DNA of 64,000 bases from Candidatus Micrarchaeota archaeon (GCA_020854825.1 JAHKLY010000002.1:96001-160000), one strand, 5' to 3'; counted from the first letter of the stretch, positions 9,770 to 19,698 are shown. A program made the numbers and translations. The notes: generated by a model not told the origin, from the sequence alone.

Positions 9770-10365
9770 TTAAATTTTAATTCCAAGTTTTTCTAATTCT
9801 TCAATAAATTGGTTATTATTTTTAAAATTTATTACCTGAAATCCCATTTTTAATGGTGTTTCAAGATGTTCGGTTCTATCATCTATAAAAATACAGTCTT
9901 CTGTAGTTAAATTTAATTTTTTAATTGCTAAATCAAATATTTCTTTTTGTGGTTTTATAAAACCAACATCACAAGATAAAACTGCAAAATCAAAATGTGA
10001 AAAAATATCCCTTTCTTTATTAATCTCAAAGTGTAATTTGGGTAAGTTTGAAATTATCCCAATTTTATAATCATATTTCAATTTATCTACTAATTCCAAT
10101 AATTCATAATTTATTGGCATTACTTGGAGATATGCTTCTTTCCATTTTTCAATTACATTTATATCTAAATTAAATTTTGTTTTAATTGTTTTTCCAAACT
10201 CATTAATTGTTATTTTCCCAGTTAACATATCTTTATTATATTCTTTTTCAATTCAATTAACGAGTTAAAATCTAGTTTCATGTTTTCAGAAAATCTTTTA
10301 TATACTGCTTCAACTTTATTTATAAGAATAGCTCCTCCCAAATCAAAAATAATTGCTTTTATCAT
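9770..10365 (-). pseudogene. HAD phosphatase split by a 1-nt frameshift
   Basis: MIKAIIFDLGG (motif I) begins at 10365 in a different frame from the KP..IF and FIDD motifs in 9770..10228; one extra A in the A5 run (10244-10248) restores the frame. Confidence 0.75.
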
Positions 10366-10398
10366 ACTAATATTGGATGTATTATTTTTATAAATGTT

Positions 10399-12441
10399 TT
10401 ATTTTTTGGTGGTTTTCTTTTTTGTTGTTTTTTTATATTTTCCCCAATCTTTTTTAGTTTCACAATTAACATCTAAACACATTTCAAATGGTTTTTTACC
10501 TTTTCTAATAACTCTTATAATTGGAGTATTACATTTTTCACAAATTTTATCTGTTGATTCTATCAATGAATTTGCAGGTAATGGGTAACTTGTGTTGCAT
10601 TTTGGATAGTTTTTACATCCAGTAAATTGTTTTCCAGGTATTTTTGATTTAATTACAATTAATTCTTCTCCACAGTTAGGGCATTTGCCAATTACATTTT
10701 GACTAGTTGTTTTAAATTTTTCAGAAAGAAGTTTACCTATTATATCTTCCTTTTCTTTAAATTTATCTAATATTGTTGTAAGTGTTTGTTTTCCTTCTTC
10801 TATAAGGAGATATTCCGCTAATTTTCCTTCTTGTATTTTTTCCATTTCTTTTTCAAAGTATTCTGTCAGTTTTTCATCTAGTATCTCATTACAATTTTTA
10901 CTTAATACTTCATAAACAACTAATCCAAAGGGAGTTACTTCGATACTTTTGCCATCTACATATCCTCTTTTATAAAGAGTTTCAATAATTGTTGATCTTG
11001 TGGCTTTTGTTCCTAAATTATGTTTTTCTAAAGTTGAAATTATAGATGCAGGAGTATATCTATTTGGAGGATTTGTCATTTTTTTATCTTTACCAAATTT
11101 CGCTTCAAATTCATCACCCACTTTTAATTCGGGTAAGGTTACTTCTTGTAATTTAAGATAAGGTTCATAAATTTCAAACCATCCTTTGTCCATTGTTCTT
11201 CTTCCCTTTATTGAATATTCTTCAGAATTTGTTTTAATGATTATTTCTTGATCTTCTCTTTTTGCTTCTTCACCAAAGCAGGATAAATACCTTTTAACAA
11301 TTAAATCATAAAGTTTCATTTCATTTATTCTTAGTTTTCCCATATTTCCTAAGGGATGAATAGCAGGATGTGCTGGATCCTCCTTTGTTCCTTCAAATGG
11401 TTTAAATGTTTTTACATATTTTTTTATTAAATCAGAATATAGCGGGAACTTACTTAATTTGTCGATTATTTCTTTATGTCCTAATGATTCGGGAAGTTTT
11501 TGAGAGGAGGTCCTAGGATATGAAATCATTGAAGCCTCGTATAATGTTTGAGCCATCTCAAGAACTTGTGAAGGTTGAAATTTAAATATTTTATATGCTT
11601 CAGTTTGTAAAGATGTTAAATCAAATGGAGGATATGGTTTTTGTTTAAGTGCAGTCCTCTTCATTTTAGAGACTTTAACTGGACTTTTTGAATTTTCAAA
11701 AGAGTTTTTCATTTCATCTTCTTTTTCGAATTTATTTTTAATGTGCATAAAAGTTAAATTCTTTGTCTGTGCCCATAAATCCCAATAAGGAGTTGGTTTG
11801 AAATTTTTAATTTTTAATTCCCTTCTTGCTAAAATTGCTAATGCAGGTCCTTGAACTCTACCAATACTCATGACTTTATATACGCCATACTTTCTTATTG
11901 CTTGCATTAAGGCTCTTGATAAATTTATACCATAATACCAATCCAAAATGTGTCTTGATTCTCCAGCATATGCATTCATATGATCTAATTCTTCCATTTT
12001 TTCAAATGAGTTGATGAGATCTTTTTTTGTTAAAGCAGAGAACTTCATCCTTTTTCCCTTTTCAGAATTACATGCATATCTAATAACATTATATGCAATT
12101 AAAGATCCTTCTAAATCATAATCGCATGCACTAATAAATTCATCTGCTTGTTTCGCAAGTTCTTCTATTGTTAGTATATATGCTTTGGTGTATGCAGCTT
12201 CTTTACTTACTTTGTATGAAGGAATCCATTTTATATTAAATACGGGATATCCGCGAGTAGGATGTTCCTGTTGTAAGGTATATACATGACCTACTGCAGA
12301 AACAATTATTATGTCTTCTCCATTTTTTTCTATTTCATAGTAATTAATGCCATTAATTCTTTTTTCTTTAACTTTTCCTTCTGCAAGTGCTGAAGCCATA
12401 GTTTTAGCTACTTTTGGCTTTTCACAAATAATCATTTTCAT
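10399..12441 (-). CDS. topA: DNA topoisomerase type IA with C-terminal Zn ribbons
   Basis: IICEKP, ACDYDLEG (Toprim), SIGRVQ, ISYPRT catalytic Tyr, LGTKATR, CxxC ribbons; start moved to MKMIICEKP. Confidence 0.95.
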   Translation of the reverse strand: MKMIICEKPKVAKTMASALAEGKVKEKRINGINYYEIEKNGEDIIIVSAVGHVYTLQQEHPTRGYPVFNIKWIPSYKVSKEAAYTKAYILTIEELAKQADEFISACDYDLEGSLIAYNVIRYACNSEKGKRMKFSALTKKDLINSFEKMEELDHMNAYAGESRHILDWYYGINLSRALMQAIRKYGVYKVMSIGRVQGPALAILARRELKIKNFKPTPYWDLWAQTKNLTFMHIKNKFEKEDEMKNSFENSKSPVKVSKMKRTALKQKPYPPFDLTSLQTEAYKIFKFQPSQVLEMAQTLYEASMISYPRTSSQKLPESLGHKEIIDKLSKFPLYSDLIKKYVKTFKPFEGTKEDPAHPAIHPLGNMGKLRINEMKLYDLIVKRYLSCFGEEAKREDQEIIIKTNSEEYSIKGRRTMDKGWFEIYEPYLKLQEVTLPELKVGDEFEAKFGKDKKMTNPPNRYTPASIISTLEKHNLGTKATRSTIIETLYKRGYVDGKSIEVTPFGLVVYEVLSKNCNEILDEKLTEYFEKEMEKIQEGKLAEYLLIEEGKQTLTTILDKFKEKEDIIGKLLSEKFKTTSQNVIGKCPNCGEELIVIKSKIPGKQFTGCKNYPKCNTSYPLPANSLIESTDKICEKCNTPIIRVIRKGKKPFEMCLDVNCETKKDWGKYKKTTKKKTTKK

Positions 12442-12541
12442 TAGTGACTTTTTATATGGTAAACAATAAAAACCTTTATAAAGAGAGGGAAGTATATAAA
12501 ATATTACATAAATTACCAGTTTAGCCAATATTAAATTAAAG

Positions 12542-13261
12542 GTGAAAATTATGGAAAGATTAAAATACCAACATTATGAAGATTTTCAAAGAATAGTTGA
12601 AGAGGAATTAAAGGAAATAAAAACATTAACAGATTACAATTCTTGGATTAAAAAAATTATAGATAATTTAAATGATACATATAATCCAAATGATTTAATG
12701 AAATTATTTGTTTTAGCAACAGATACTACTCTTGATGTTACTAAAAAATATAATTCACAAAAAAAAGCATTAAATTTATTGAGAGATTGGGTAGTTCAAC
12801 ATCCCATTAGAGATAGAGCATTTACAAAAATATGTATGGAATATTTAGTAAAAACAAAAAACATAACTGGAGATACAGTTTTTAATATTTTAGATATATT
12901 AGACATAATGGGTGTAGATCTTAGGGGAGAACATAAAGACGATGAAGATTGGTTAAGAATGATTATTTTTAGATTTGAAAATTTAAAAAACCAAAAAGGA
13001 GAGAGCGTTAAATTAATAGTTGAAAGAATTATTTTAGAAGCAAAAGAAATTAATACCATTGAATTAATAAGTACACTTCGTGAAATTGTTAATAAAGCAG
13101 AATTAGAAATAGGATTAAAAAAAGATTTAACAGTTAAATCTCTTATTGAATTAACTTCGGATAACTCAGATAAAGAAGAATTATTAAAATTAATGAGAGC
13201 GTTTCCTATTAATCTGCCTAAAACACCAATACTTCCAAAAAGAAGGAGAATAGGTGATTAA
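12542..13261 (+). CDS. Hypothetical helical protein
   Basis: 239-aa ORF with normal composition and no recognisable motif. Confidence 0.6.
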   Translation: MKIMERLKYQHYEDFQRIVEEELKEIKTLTDYNSWIKKIIDNLNDTYNPNDLMKLFVLATDTTLDVTKKYNSQKKALNLLRDWVVQHPIRDRAFTKICMEYLVKTKNITGDTVFNILDILDIMGVDLRGEHKDDEDWLRMIIFRFENLKNQKGESVKLIVERIILEAKEINTIELISTLREIVNKAELEIGLKKDLTVKSLIELTSDNSDKEELLKLMRAFPINLPKTPILPKRRRIGD

Positions 13262-13263
13262 GT

Positions 13264-14442
13264 ATGGTAGAAAGAGAATTAATATATAAACCACTATATG
13301 CTGGATCATTTGTTCCAAAAATAGAAGATATTACTAAATTAATAACCCTATTTGGAAGGGAATTCTGCAAAGAAGAAGCAGAAATTGATCGTTTAGAAGT
13401 AAAAGAACTATTTTTAATTAATGAATCAATAGTTAAAATTAATAGGTTAAAAGAGTTTTTAAATATAAAACCTACTGATATTTTAAAATTTGAAATATTT
13501 TTAGATGAGTTTTTTGAAAAATTAAAAACTAAAGATTCTGAGTTTATTGAAGAGGGGATATATACATTAAATGAAACCGAAGAAATAGTGGAATTGAATA
13601 TTAATTTAGTATTAATAAAGTTTTTAGAAAATTCAAATAAGGAAGATTTTTTAGAAAGAAAAGCTGAAGTTTTATATTTGATAGAGCCATTGCAAAAACA
13701 GGGAATAGAATTATTTTCTAAATTTCTAAATGATTTTAATACTGAATTATCATTTACTGCAAATAATATTTTTAAGACAAAAATACAAGAAAATGAAAAA
13801 GAGATTATGATTAAGATATACTCTTATTTAAACAATAATACTTTGCCAGATGACGCACATATTTTTTATAAATTTATAAGGGAAGACCCAAAAATATATA
13901 GACATTTACATATAGACAAACCAGCAGGGTTGAGGATATTATTAGATTTAATCTCTGATAGAAATGAAGAAATATCTAAAAAAGCAAAAGACGAATTAGA
14001 AAAAGTTATGTATATCCCACATTTTAAACTCACTATTGCTGAATATATCAATGAATATGCAAGACCAAATGATATTGATGTGTTATATTTAAAGTTCATA
14101 GATCATGAAAATGCATTATTAAATATATCCACAGAATCTTTTAGGGGATTGAAAGTATTATTAACTGCATTTTTAGATTCTAGAAAAGAAGTTAGGGACA
14201 CATCAAAAAAAGTATTAGACAAATACATGCTGTCAAAAATGAATAGGGAAATATTGATTGATTATTTAAACTCTGATTATGTATGTGAAGCAGATATATA
14301 TTCAGTAATACACCTGTTTAATCAAAACAAAGTTATATTGAATAGGCGTACACTTTCAAAAATGTCATCTGTTCCATTACGATTTCCAAGTACTAACATA
14401 GCAATTAAATCATTTATAGAATGTTATTATGATGAGATATAA
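13264..14442 (+). CDS. Hypothetical protein, possibly with HEAT/ARM-like repeats
   Basis: Repeated GLRILLDLISDRNEEISKKAKDEL / GLKVLLTAFLDSRKEVRDTSKKVL; SD-like AGGTGA. Confidence 0.6.
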   Translation: MVERELIYKPLYAGSFVPKIEDITKLITLFGREFCKEEAEIDRLEVKELFLINESIVKINRLKEFLNIKPTDILKFEIFLDEFFEKLKTKDSEFIEEGIYTLNETEEIVELNINLVLIKFLENSNKEDFLERKAEVLYLIEPLQKQGIELFSKFLNDFNTELSFTANNIFKTKIQENEKEIMIKIYSYLNNNTLPDDAHIFYKFIREDPKIYRHLHIDKPAGLRILLDLISDRNEEISKKAKDELEKVMYIPHFKLTIAEYINEYARPNDIDVLYLKFIDHENALLNISTESFRGLKVLLTAFLDSRKEVRDTSKKVLDKYMLSKMNREILIDYLNSDYVCEADIYSVIHLFNQNKVILNRRTLSKMSSVPLRFPSTNIAIKSFIECYYDEI

Positions 14443-14471
14443 TTTATTAATGTTAGTTGTTAATTATATAT

Positions 14472-15692
14472 ATGGAATTTAAATCAGAACACAATTTATC
14501 TAAAGCCAAAGGTTCGATTAAAAACGAACCTGAAGATTTTATAGTTGAAGAGATAATGACAGATGGAACTACTTTAGAAATTGACAAGATTATCCAAATA
14601 GAAGATAAACCAGGTAAATTTTTATATTTTGTTTTACAAAAAAAACAATGGTCAACAGAAGGTGCTATTTTTAGAATATCTAATGGATTACATGCTAAAA
14701 CAAAAAGATTTAATTGGGCAGGAACAAAAGATAAACAGGCAGTTACAACTCAATTAGTTTCTGGATTTGCAATAAATAAAAAAGCATTACAGAATTTAAA
14801 ATTAAAAGATATACATATAAATGGTATGTGGACAGAGAATAAAAAAGTTAATCTTGGAGATTTGTTAGGAAATAAATTTAAAATAAAAATTTCTGATTTG
14901 GAAGAAAAAGCAGAAGAAAAAATTCAAAAAATTCATGAAAAATTAAATGGAAAATTTGTTAATTATTTTGGAGAACAACGTTTTGGAACAATACGGCAAA
15001 ATACTCATATAATTGGACAGCATATTATATCTGAAGAGTATAATGAAGCAATTATGGAATTTTTAACAAATGAAGAAGGAGAACACAATGAAGATGCAAG
15101 ACAAGCTAGAATTAATTTAAAAGAATCTTTAAATTATTCAAAAGCATTAGAAGAATTTCCAAGATATTTAAGATTAGAAAGAACAATGATTGAATGGTTA
15201 AGTAAATATCCTAATGATTATGTTGGTGCATTAAGAAAAATACCACGGGGAATTTCATTATTGTTTGTTCACGCCTTCCAATCATATCTATTTAATTTAG
15301 AATTAAATGAACGAGTAAAAAATAAAGATTTTGAAGCAAAAGAAGATGAATACTATTGCAGGTTAAATTCATATGGTTTTCCAGATATTGATAAAAATAT
15401 AAATGCAAATAATAAAAGTATAAAAGTAACAGATAAGATTTTATGTACAAATATTATTGGATATGAGTCAGAAACAAATGAAATTGAAGATGAGTTATTA
15501 GCACGATTCAACATAACAAAAGAGAATTTTAAATTAAAACAATTTCAAGAATTAAGTTCGAAAGGTACTTTCAGACCTTTTTTTAGTACATATAAGGATT
15601 TTGAATTTAACAAAAACACAAACCAATTTAGTTTTTCTCTTTCTTCTGGAAGTTATGCAACTATTCTATTGTCGGAATTTTTATTAATCTAG
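14472..15692 (+). CDS. truD: tRNA pseudouridine(13) synthase
   Basis: PEDFIVEE, AGTKDKQAVTTQ, GNKF, NYFGEQRFG, AFQSYLFN, GSYAT. Confidence 0.95.
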   Translation: MEFKSEHNLSKAKGSIKNEPEDFIVEEIMTDGTTLEIDKIIQIEDKPGKFLYFVLQKKQWSTEGAIFRISNGLHAKTKRFNWAGTKDKQAVTTQLVSGFAINKKALQNLKLKDIHINGMWTENKKVNLGDLLGNKFKIKISDLEEKAEEKIQKIHEKLNGKFVNYFGEQRFGTIRQNTHIIGQHIISEEYNEAIMEFLTNEEGEHNEDARQARINLKESLNYSKALEEFPRYLRLERTMIEWLSKYPNDYVGALRKIPRGISLLFVHAFQSYLFNLELNERVKNKDFEAKEDEYYCRLNSYGFPDIDKNINANNKSIKVTDKILCTNIIGYESETNEIEDELLARFNITKENFKLKQFQELSSKGTFRPFFSTYKDFEFNKNTNQFSFSLSSGSYATILLSEFLLI

Positions 15693-16332
15693 TTGACTTG
15701 TTTCCCCAAAAAATATTTTCTAATGAAGTTATTAAATTAACCAATACTCGTCTATAAGTACTTTCAATAAATTCTTGAAATATCAGTGGAGAAAATACTG
15801 CATCTTCGTGTGTTAAACTTCTTGGATCATCATATTTTGCTGCATATTCAAAATTGAATATTATATTTACTTTTTCCTGATCTTTTAATGCCACTTCAGA
15901 AAACAGTTCTGGATCTAACCAATCATCTCTACTAATTATCGGATATTTTTCTATTGCCCAAACAAAACGCAAAACAGATATAAAATCTATTGCTTGTCTA
16001 AATTCTGGATTTATCTGTATTTCTATTATCCCATCTTCTAATTTTGCAATAATATTTCCATCTTCTCTTTTATTAATAATTGTTATTTTAGGTGCTTCAA
16101 AGAATCCAGTTTCTACTCCTTCTAATGCATTTAGAGATAAAAGCAGGTCTTTAAACAAACCTTCTTGTCCACTTTTTAAAAATAGTTCTGGAATCGGAAT
16201 TTGAAAAATAGGTTTTTGTGGGGTGGTTAAAAAAGCAATTAAAGGCAAGGTATGAATTTCTCGTTCAAAAATATAATTTCCTTTCCCATCTCTTAAAGGT
16301 AAATGTATTCTGTTTAGTTTTATTTTTTCCAT
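15661..16332 (-). CDS. Hypothetical protein
   Basis: 223-aa ORF with a TATA box 23 nt upstream. Confidence 0.6.
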   Translation of the reverse strand: MEKIKLNRIHLPLRDGKGNYIFEREIHTLPLIAFLTTPQKPIFQIPIPELFLKSGQEGLFKDLLLSLNALEGVETGFFEAPKITIINKREDGNIIAKLEDGIIEIQINPEFRQAIDFISVLRFVWAIEKYPIISRDDWLDPELFSEVALKDQEKVNIIFNFEYAAKYDDPRSLTHEDAVFSPLIFQEFIESTYRRVLVNLITSLENIFWGNKSTRLIKIPTIE

Positions 16333-16444
16333 AAGTTTTATGTGTTTTTTTATCTTTATAAATGTTTCTATTATCTTTCAAGAATATCAATTTTCGGATT
16401 TTTTAATTATAAAAACATTTAAAAGGGAAACAACCATAAGATTA

Positions 16445-16708
16445 ATGGGAGATAGGTTGGGGGCTAGGGGTCCCTGTCCGCAAATCCCCTTAGGCGGAAC
16501 CGAAATCCGGTTGCGTTGAATAAAGTTTGTTTAGGCCTAAACTGAAAGCGTTGAAGGTCTGCCTTGATGGATGGTATGACTTATGAAATTGGTCAGGCCG
16601 GAAGGAGCAGCCATAAATATTTCATTCCATGCTATTAAGTCTCCAGGCTGGAGCCCAGGTTTGGGGCACCTAGCAGGCTTTATCTCAGCAATTCCGGGCT
16701 TCTCCCAT
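16445..16708 (+). ncRNA. ffs: Signal recognition particle (SRP/7S) RNA
   Basis: GC-rich island; terminal helix ATGGGAGA/TCTCCCAT; Alu-type hairpins with complementary loops (AGGGG/CCCCT); helix-8 signature GGTCAGGCCGGAAGGAGCAGCC at 16591-16612. Confidence 0.92.
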
Positions 16709-16758
16709 CCTTTTAAATAAGTTATTGTAGCTAAAACTTAGACTAGGTATAATTTATT

Positions 16759-16903
16759 GTCGAGGTCGCCTAGCCTGGTAGGGCGCTAGCCTGCTAAGCT
16801 AGTGTGCTACGCACACGTGGGTTCAAACCTTTTCTCTTTTAAAAAAGAGAAAAACGTTTACGAAAAAGAGAAAACTGGTTGCCTAAAAATCCCACCCTCG
16901 ACG
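16759..16903 (+). tRNA. tRNA-Ser(GCU) with a 62-nt non-canonical T-loop intron (16825..16886, position 56/57)
   Basis: Acceptor GTCGAGG/CCTCGAC-G73, anticodon arm CTAGC-CTGCTAA-GCTAG, long variable arm, T stem GTGGG/CCCAC; removing the insert restores TTCAAAT. Confidence 0.9.
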
Positions 16904-16950
16904 TTTTTTTTAAACAAAAGATTTTTATATTCTATTTAAGAGATTAATAC

Positions 16951-17862
16951 ATGAATAAAGAAGAATTAAAAAAAATAATAAAAAATTCAGGTTTATCAGA
17001 CAAAGCAAAAGCAGATTTAACTTTATTAATAGACGAAAAAAAAGCTAAAGCAAAAATTGAATTTAAAACATTAACCGAACTAGAAGCAAAAAATGCGGAT
17101 ATTGTAAAATTTTTAGAAAGTTTAAAAAAACAGGGGCTAACATTTAAGTATGAAATTAAAGGAAAAGATGTTGTTTTATATTTATTGTATCAAGAGTCTG
17201 AAATAAAAGAGTTAAACACCTTAAGAGATGAAAAACTTCCGAATATCAAAAGAATAAATTCAAAAACTACTTTTAAACGTGAATACTTACAAATTAAAAA
17301 TAATCTAGCAAATAAACCTGAACTGCCTATATTTAAAGTGTTTGGAGATTCTTTTAAATTTTATACTCATTTTAGAATAAATTTTATGGATAGATTAATA
17401 GAACATAACCCAAGTTTAGAAGAATTTAAGCACATCATCGACATAGTCTTAAAACAAGCTTTAACTATGACTTCTAAAGAAAAAGTGACTGAATTATATA
17501 AAGGATCTTTATTACAGTTTAACGCAGAAATTGATGAAAATTTCAGAAAAAAACTATTTGAATCTGCAAAAAAAGAACTTTTTTTTAGATTAGATTTTAA
17601 AAAGAATGAATTTACTACTGAAGATGCAAAGAATACTGCAGATTTATTTGAAATTAATTTTATTAAAAAATTAAAGAGTATTTATGGATCACAAGAGGAG
17701 TTATTATTTGTTATTTTAAAAGCAGTGGATAAAATTTCTAATACAAAAAATATTAAACAAGCAGATGAATATCTTAAGAATATTTTTCCTAAAATTTTAG
17801 AAGAAGAAAAAAATAATCCTAAAGCACTAACAAAAATAAAGCAAAGAATAGAATCAGTATAA
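16951..17862 (+). CDS. Hypothetical protein
   Basis: 303-aa K/E-rich ORF with no motif. Confidence 0.6.
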   Translation: MNKEELKKIIKNSGLSDKAKADLTLLIDEKKAKAKIEFKTLTELEAKNADIVKFLESLKKQGLTFKYEIKGKDVVLYLLYQESEIKELNTLRDEKLPNIKRINSKTTFKREYLQIKNNLANKPELPIFKVFGDSFKFYTHFRINFMDRLIEHNPSLEEFKHIIDIVLKQALTMTSKEKVTELYKGSLLQFNAEIDENFRKKLFESAKKELFFRLDFKKNEFTTEDAKNTADLFEINFIKKLKSIYGSQEELLFVILKAVDKISNTKNIKQADEYLKNIFPKILEEEKNNPKALTKIKQRIESV

Positions 17863-17890
17863 TTAAAAACCCTATTTGTGTAACAAGATT

Positions 17891-18505
17891 ATGAAAATAT
17901 ATCTTTTAAGGCATTCTGAAACTGAATTAAATGAAAAGGATATAATAAGTGGAGATAAAGATGCAAAATTAACTGAAAGGGGTAAAAAACAAGCAAAAAA
18001 TTTAGGTGAATTTCTAAGAACAAAACATATTTCTAAAATATATACTAGTGACATCAAAGGAAGTAAAGAAACAGCAAAATTAATTGCTGAAGCCATTAAA
18101 AAAAAACCAAAAATAATCAGAATTAAAAAGTTTAATGAAAGGAATTTGGGTTTTTTTCAAGGTAAAAGATGGGATGTTATATCTGTTTTTTATAAAGAGT
18201 ATTTATTTAAATCAGAGAATAGATTAATTAAAACAATTTTAGAACCTAAAAATGGAGAGACTTGGGAGGAATTAAAAAATAGAGTTATCTCTGCAATTAA
18301 TGATATATTAGAAAAAAATAAGAAACCTATAGTCATAGTAGGACATTTGGATGTAAATAGAATTTTGTTAAGATATATGGGAAATATGACTGAAAAAGAG
18401 ATGTATGAAATTTGGCAAACTTCATCAAGTGTAAATCTTATTGAATATAAAAATGAAAAATTTGAGATTAAAGTAATAAATTATATATTAAGTAAAAATA
18501 GGTGA
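17891..18505 (+). CDS. Histidine phosphatase (phosphoglycerate mutase family)
   Basis: IYLLRHSET, LTERG, IYTSD, FNERNLG, GETW, IVGH. Confidence 0.88.
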   Translation: MKIYLLRHSETELNEKDIISGDKDAKLTERGKKQAKNLGEFLRTKHISKIYTSDIKGSKETAKLIAEAIKKKPKIIRIKKFNERNLGFFQGKRWDVISVFYKEYLFKSENRLIKTILEPKNGETWEELKNRVISAINDILEKNKKPIVIVGHLDVNRILLRYMGNMTEKEMYEIWQTSSSVNLIEYKNEKFEIKVINYILSKNR

Positions 18506-18509
18506 TTAT

Positions 18510-18953
18510 ATGGATAAAAAAAATGAGCCCTTTAAATTGTATAAAGCAAATAAAACAAATACAGGTTCTGCATTGCAGTTAGATTTGAATGTATTAAAAA
18601 AATCTGTGTTTTTAGATTGTGCAAAACAAAAAGATGAAAAAATATTTGACTGGGAACATAAATTAACTATAAAACTTTCAGTTTCTGATATTTCAAAGAT
18701 ATTAAGTGTCTTAGATAATAAAATAACTAGTGAAAAATTGTTTCATCAGCCATCTAAAGGAGAATATGAAATAGCAAAAGATGTAAAAAACAATGTATTA
18801 GAAATAACTAAGTCTCAATATGGATATTCATTGAGAATAAGTCAACAAAATACAACTGGAGTAAATGCTATTATGGTCACAATAAGTGATAGTGAAAGTA
18901 TTATAATAAAAATTTTATTACAGAATGCGATATTAAAGATTTATGGATGGTAA
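18510..18953 (+). CDS. Whirly-like putative ssDNA/RNA-binding protein
   Basis: FKLYK, FDWEHKLTIKLSVSDI, LFHQPSKG and terminal IYGW parallel the recalled plant Whirly motifs YSIYK, YDWxxKQxFxLSVTE, FFHDP and LLGW. Confidence 0.7.
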   Translation: MDKKNEPFKLYKANKTNTGSALQLDLNVLKKSVFLDCAKQKDEKIFDWEHKLTIKLSVSDISKILSVLDNKITSEKLFHQPSKGEYEIAKDVKNNVLEITKSQYGYSLRISQQNTTGVNAIMVTISDSESIIIKILLQNAILKIYGW

Positions 18954-19698
18954 AATGGCAAGAAAAACTATGAGAAATCCATTTGGAAGAATTAAATGGA
19001 TAATAAAAGAATCAGATGCAATAATCGAAGTAGTTGATGCAAGAGATATTGAAGGAACACGAAATCAAGCAATAGAAAAACTTGCAAGAGGTAAAAGATT
19101 AATTATTGCAATTAATAAATCTGATTTAACAAATGAAAGACCTATCTTAAAAACTAGGTTAGATTATGTTTATGTCAGTTCTAAGAAAAAACAAGGTAAA
19201 AAAAAGCTTTTAGATTTAATAGTACAAAATACAAAAAAAGATCATTTAAAAGTTGGAATATTAGGTTACCCAGATGTTGGAAAGTCATCTTTGATTAATT
19301 ATTTAGTAGGTAGGAAGGCAGTAAAAACAGGTGCAACACCAGGAGTCACAAAAGGAAAGCAGTATATTCGAATTTCAGAAAGAATATTATTAATTGATTC
19401 ACCTGGAGTATATCCAAGAAAAGAAGGTAGAATTTCATTAGTTATGAAATCTGCAGTTGATATTGATAAATTTGAAGATCCTGAAGAAGTAGCACTAAGA
19501 GTAATTAGTTTATTTATTAAAAAGAATCCTAATAGATTGTTTGAATATTTTGATATTAAACCCTCTAATAACCCAAATAAAATTCTTAATTCAATTGCAG
19601 AGCGAAGAAAACTTATTTTAAAAGCAGGCGAATTAAATATTTATGAAGCAGCAAAAATTTTAATCAGAGATTATCAAAAAGGAAAATTGAAATTATAA
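18943..19698 (+). CDS. Circularly permuted ribosome-biogenesis GTPase (RbgA/YlqF family)
   Basis: EVVDAR, NKSD (G4) precedes GYPDVGKSSLIN (G1), PGVTKG, DSPG. Confidence 0.92.
   Translation: MDGKMARKTMRNPFGRIKWIIKESDAIIEVVDARDIEGTRNQAIEKLARGKRLIIAINKSDLTNERPILKTRLDYVYVSSKKKQGKKKLLDLIVQNTKKDHLKVGILGYPDVGKSSLINYLVGRKAVKTGATPGVTKGKQYIRISERILLIDSPGVYPRKEGRISLVMKSAVDIDKFEDPEEVALRVISLFIKKNPNRLFEYFDIKPSNNPNKILNSIAERRKLILKAGELNIYEAAKILIRDYQKGKLKL

Noticed and set aside
12442-12528. N-terminal extension of topA in the ORF track
   Set aside because: Begins at TTG and runs through promoter-like DNA; family similarity starts at MKMIICEKP
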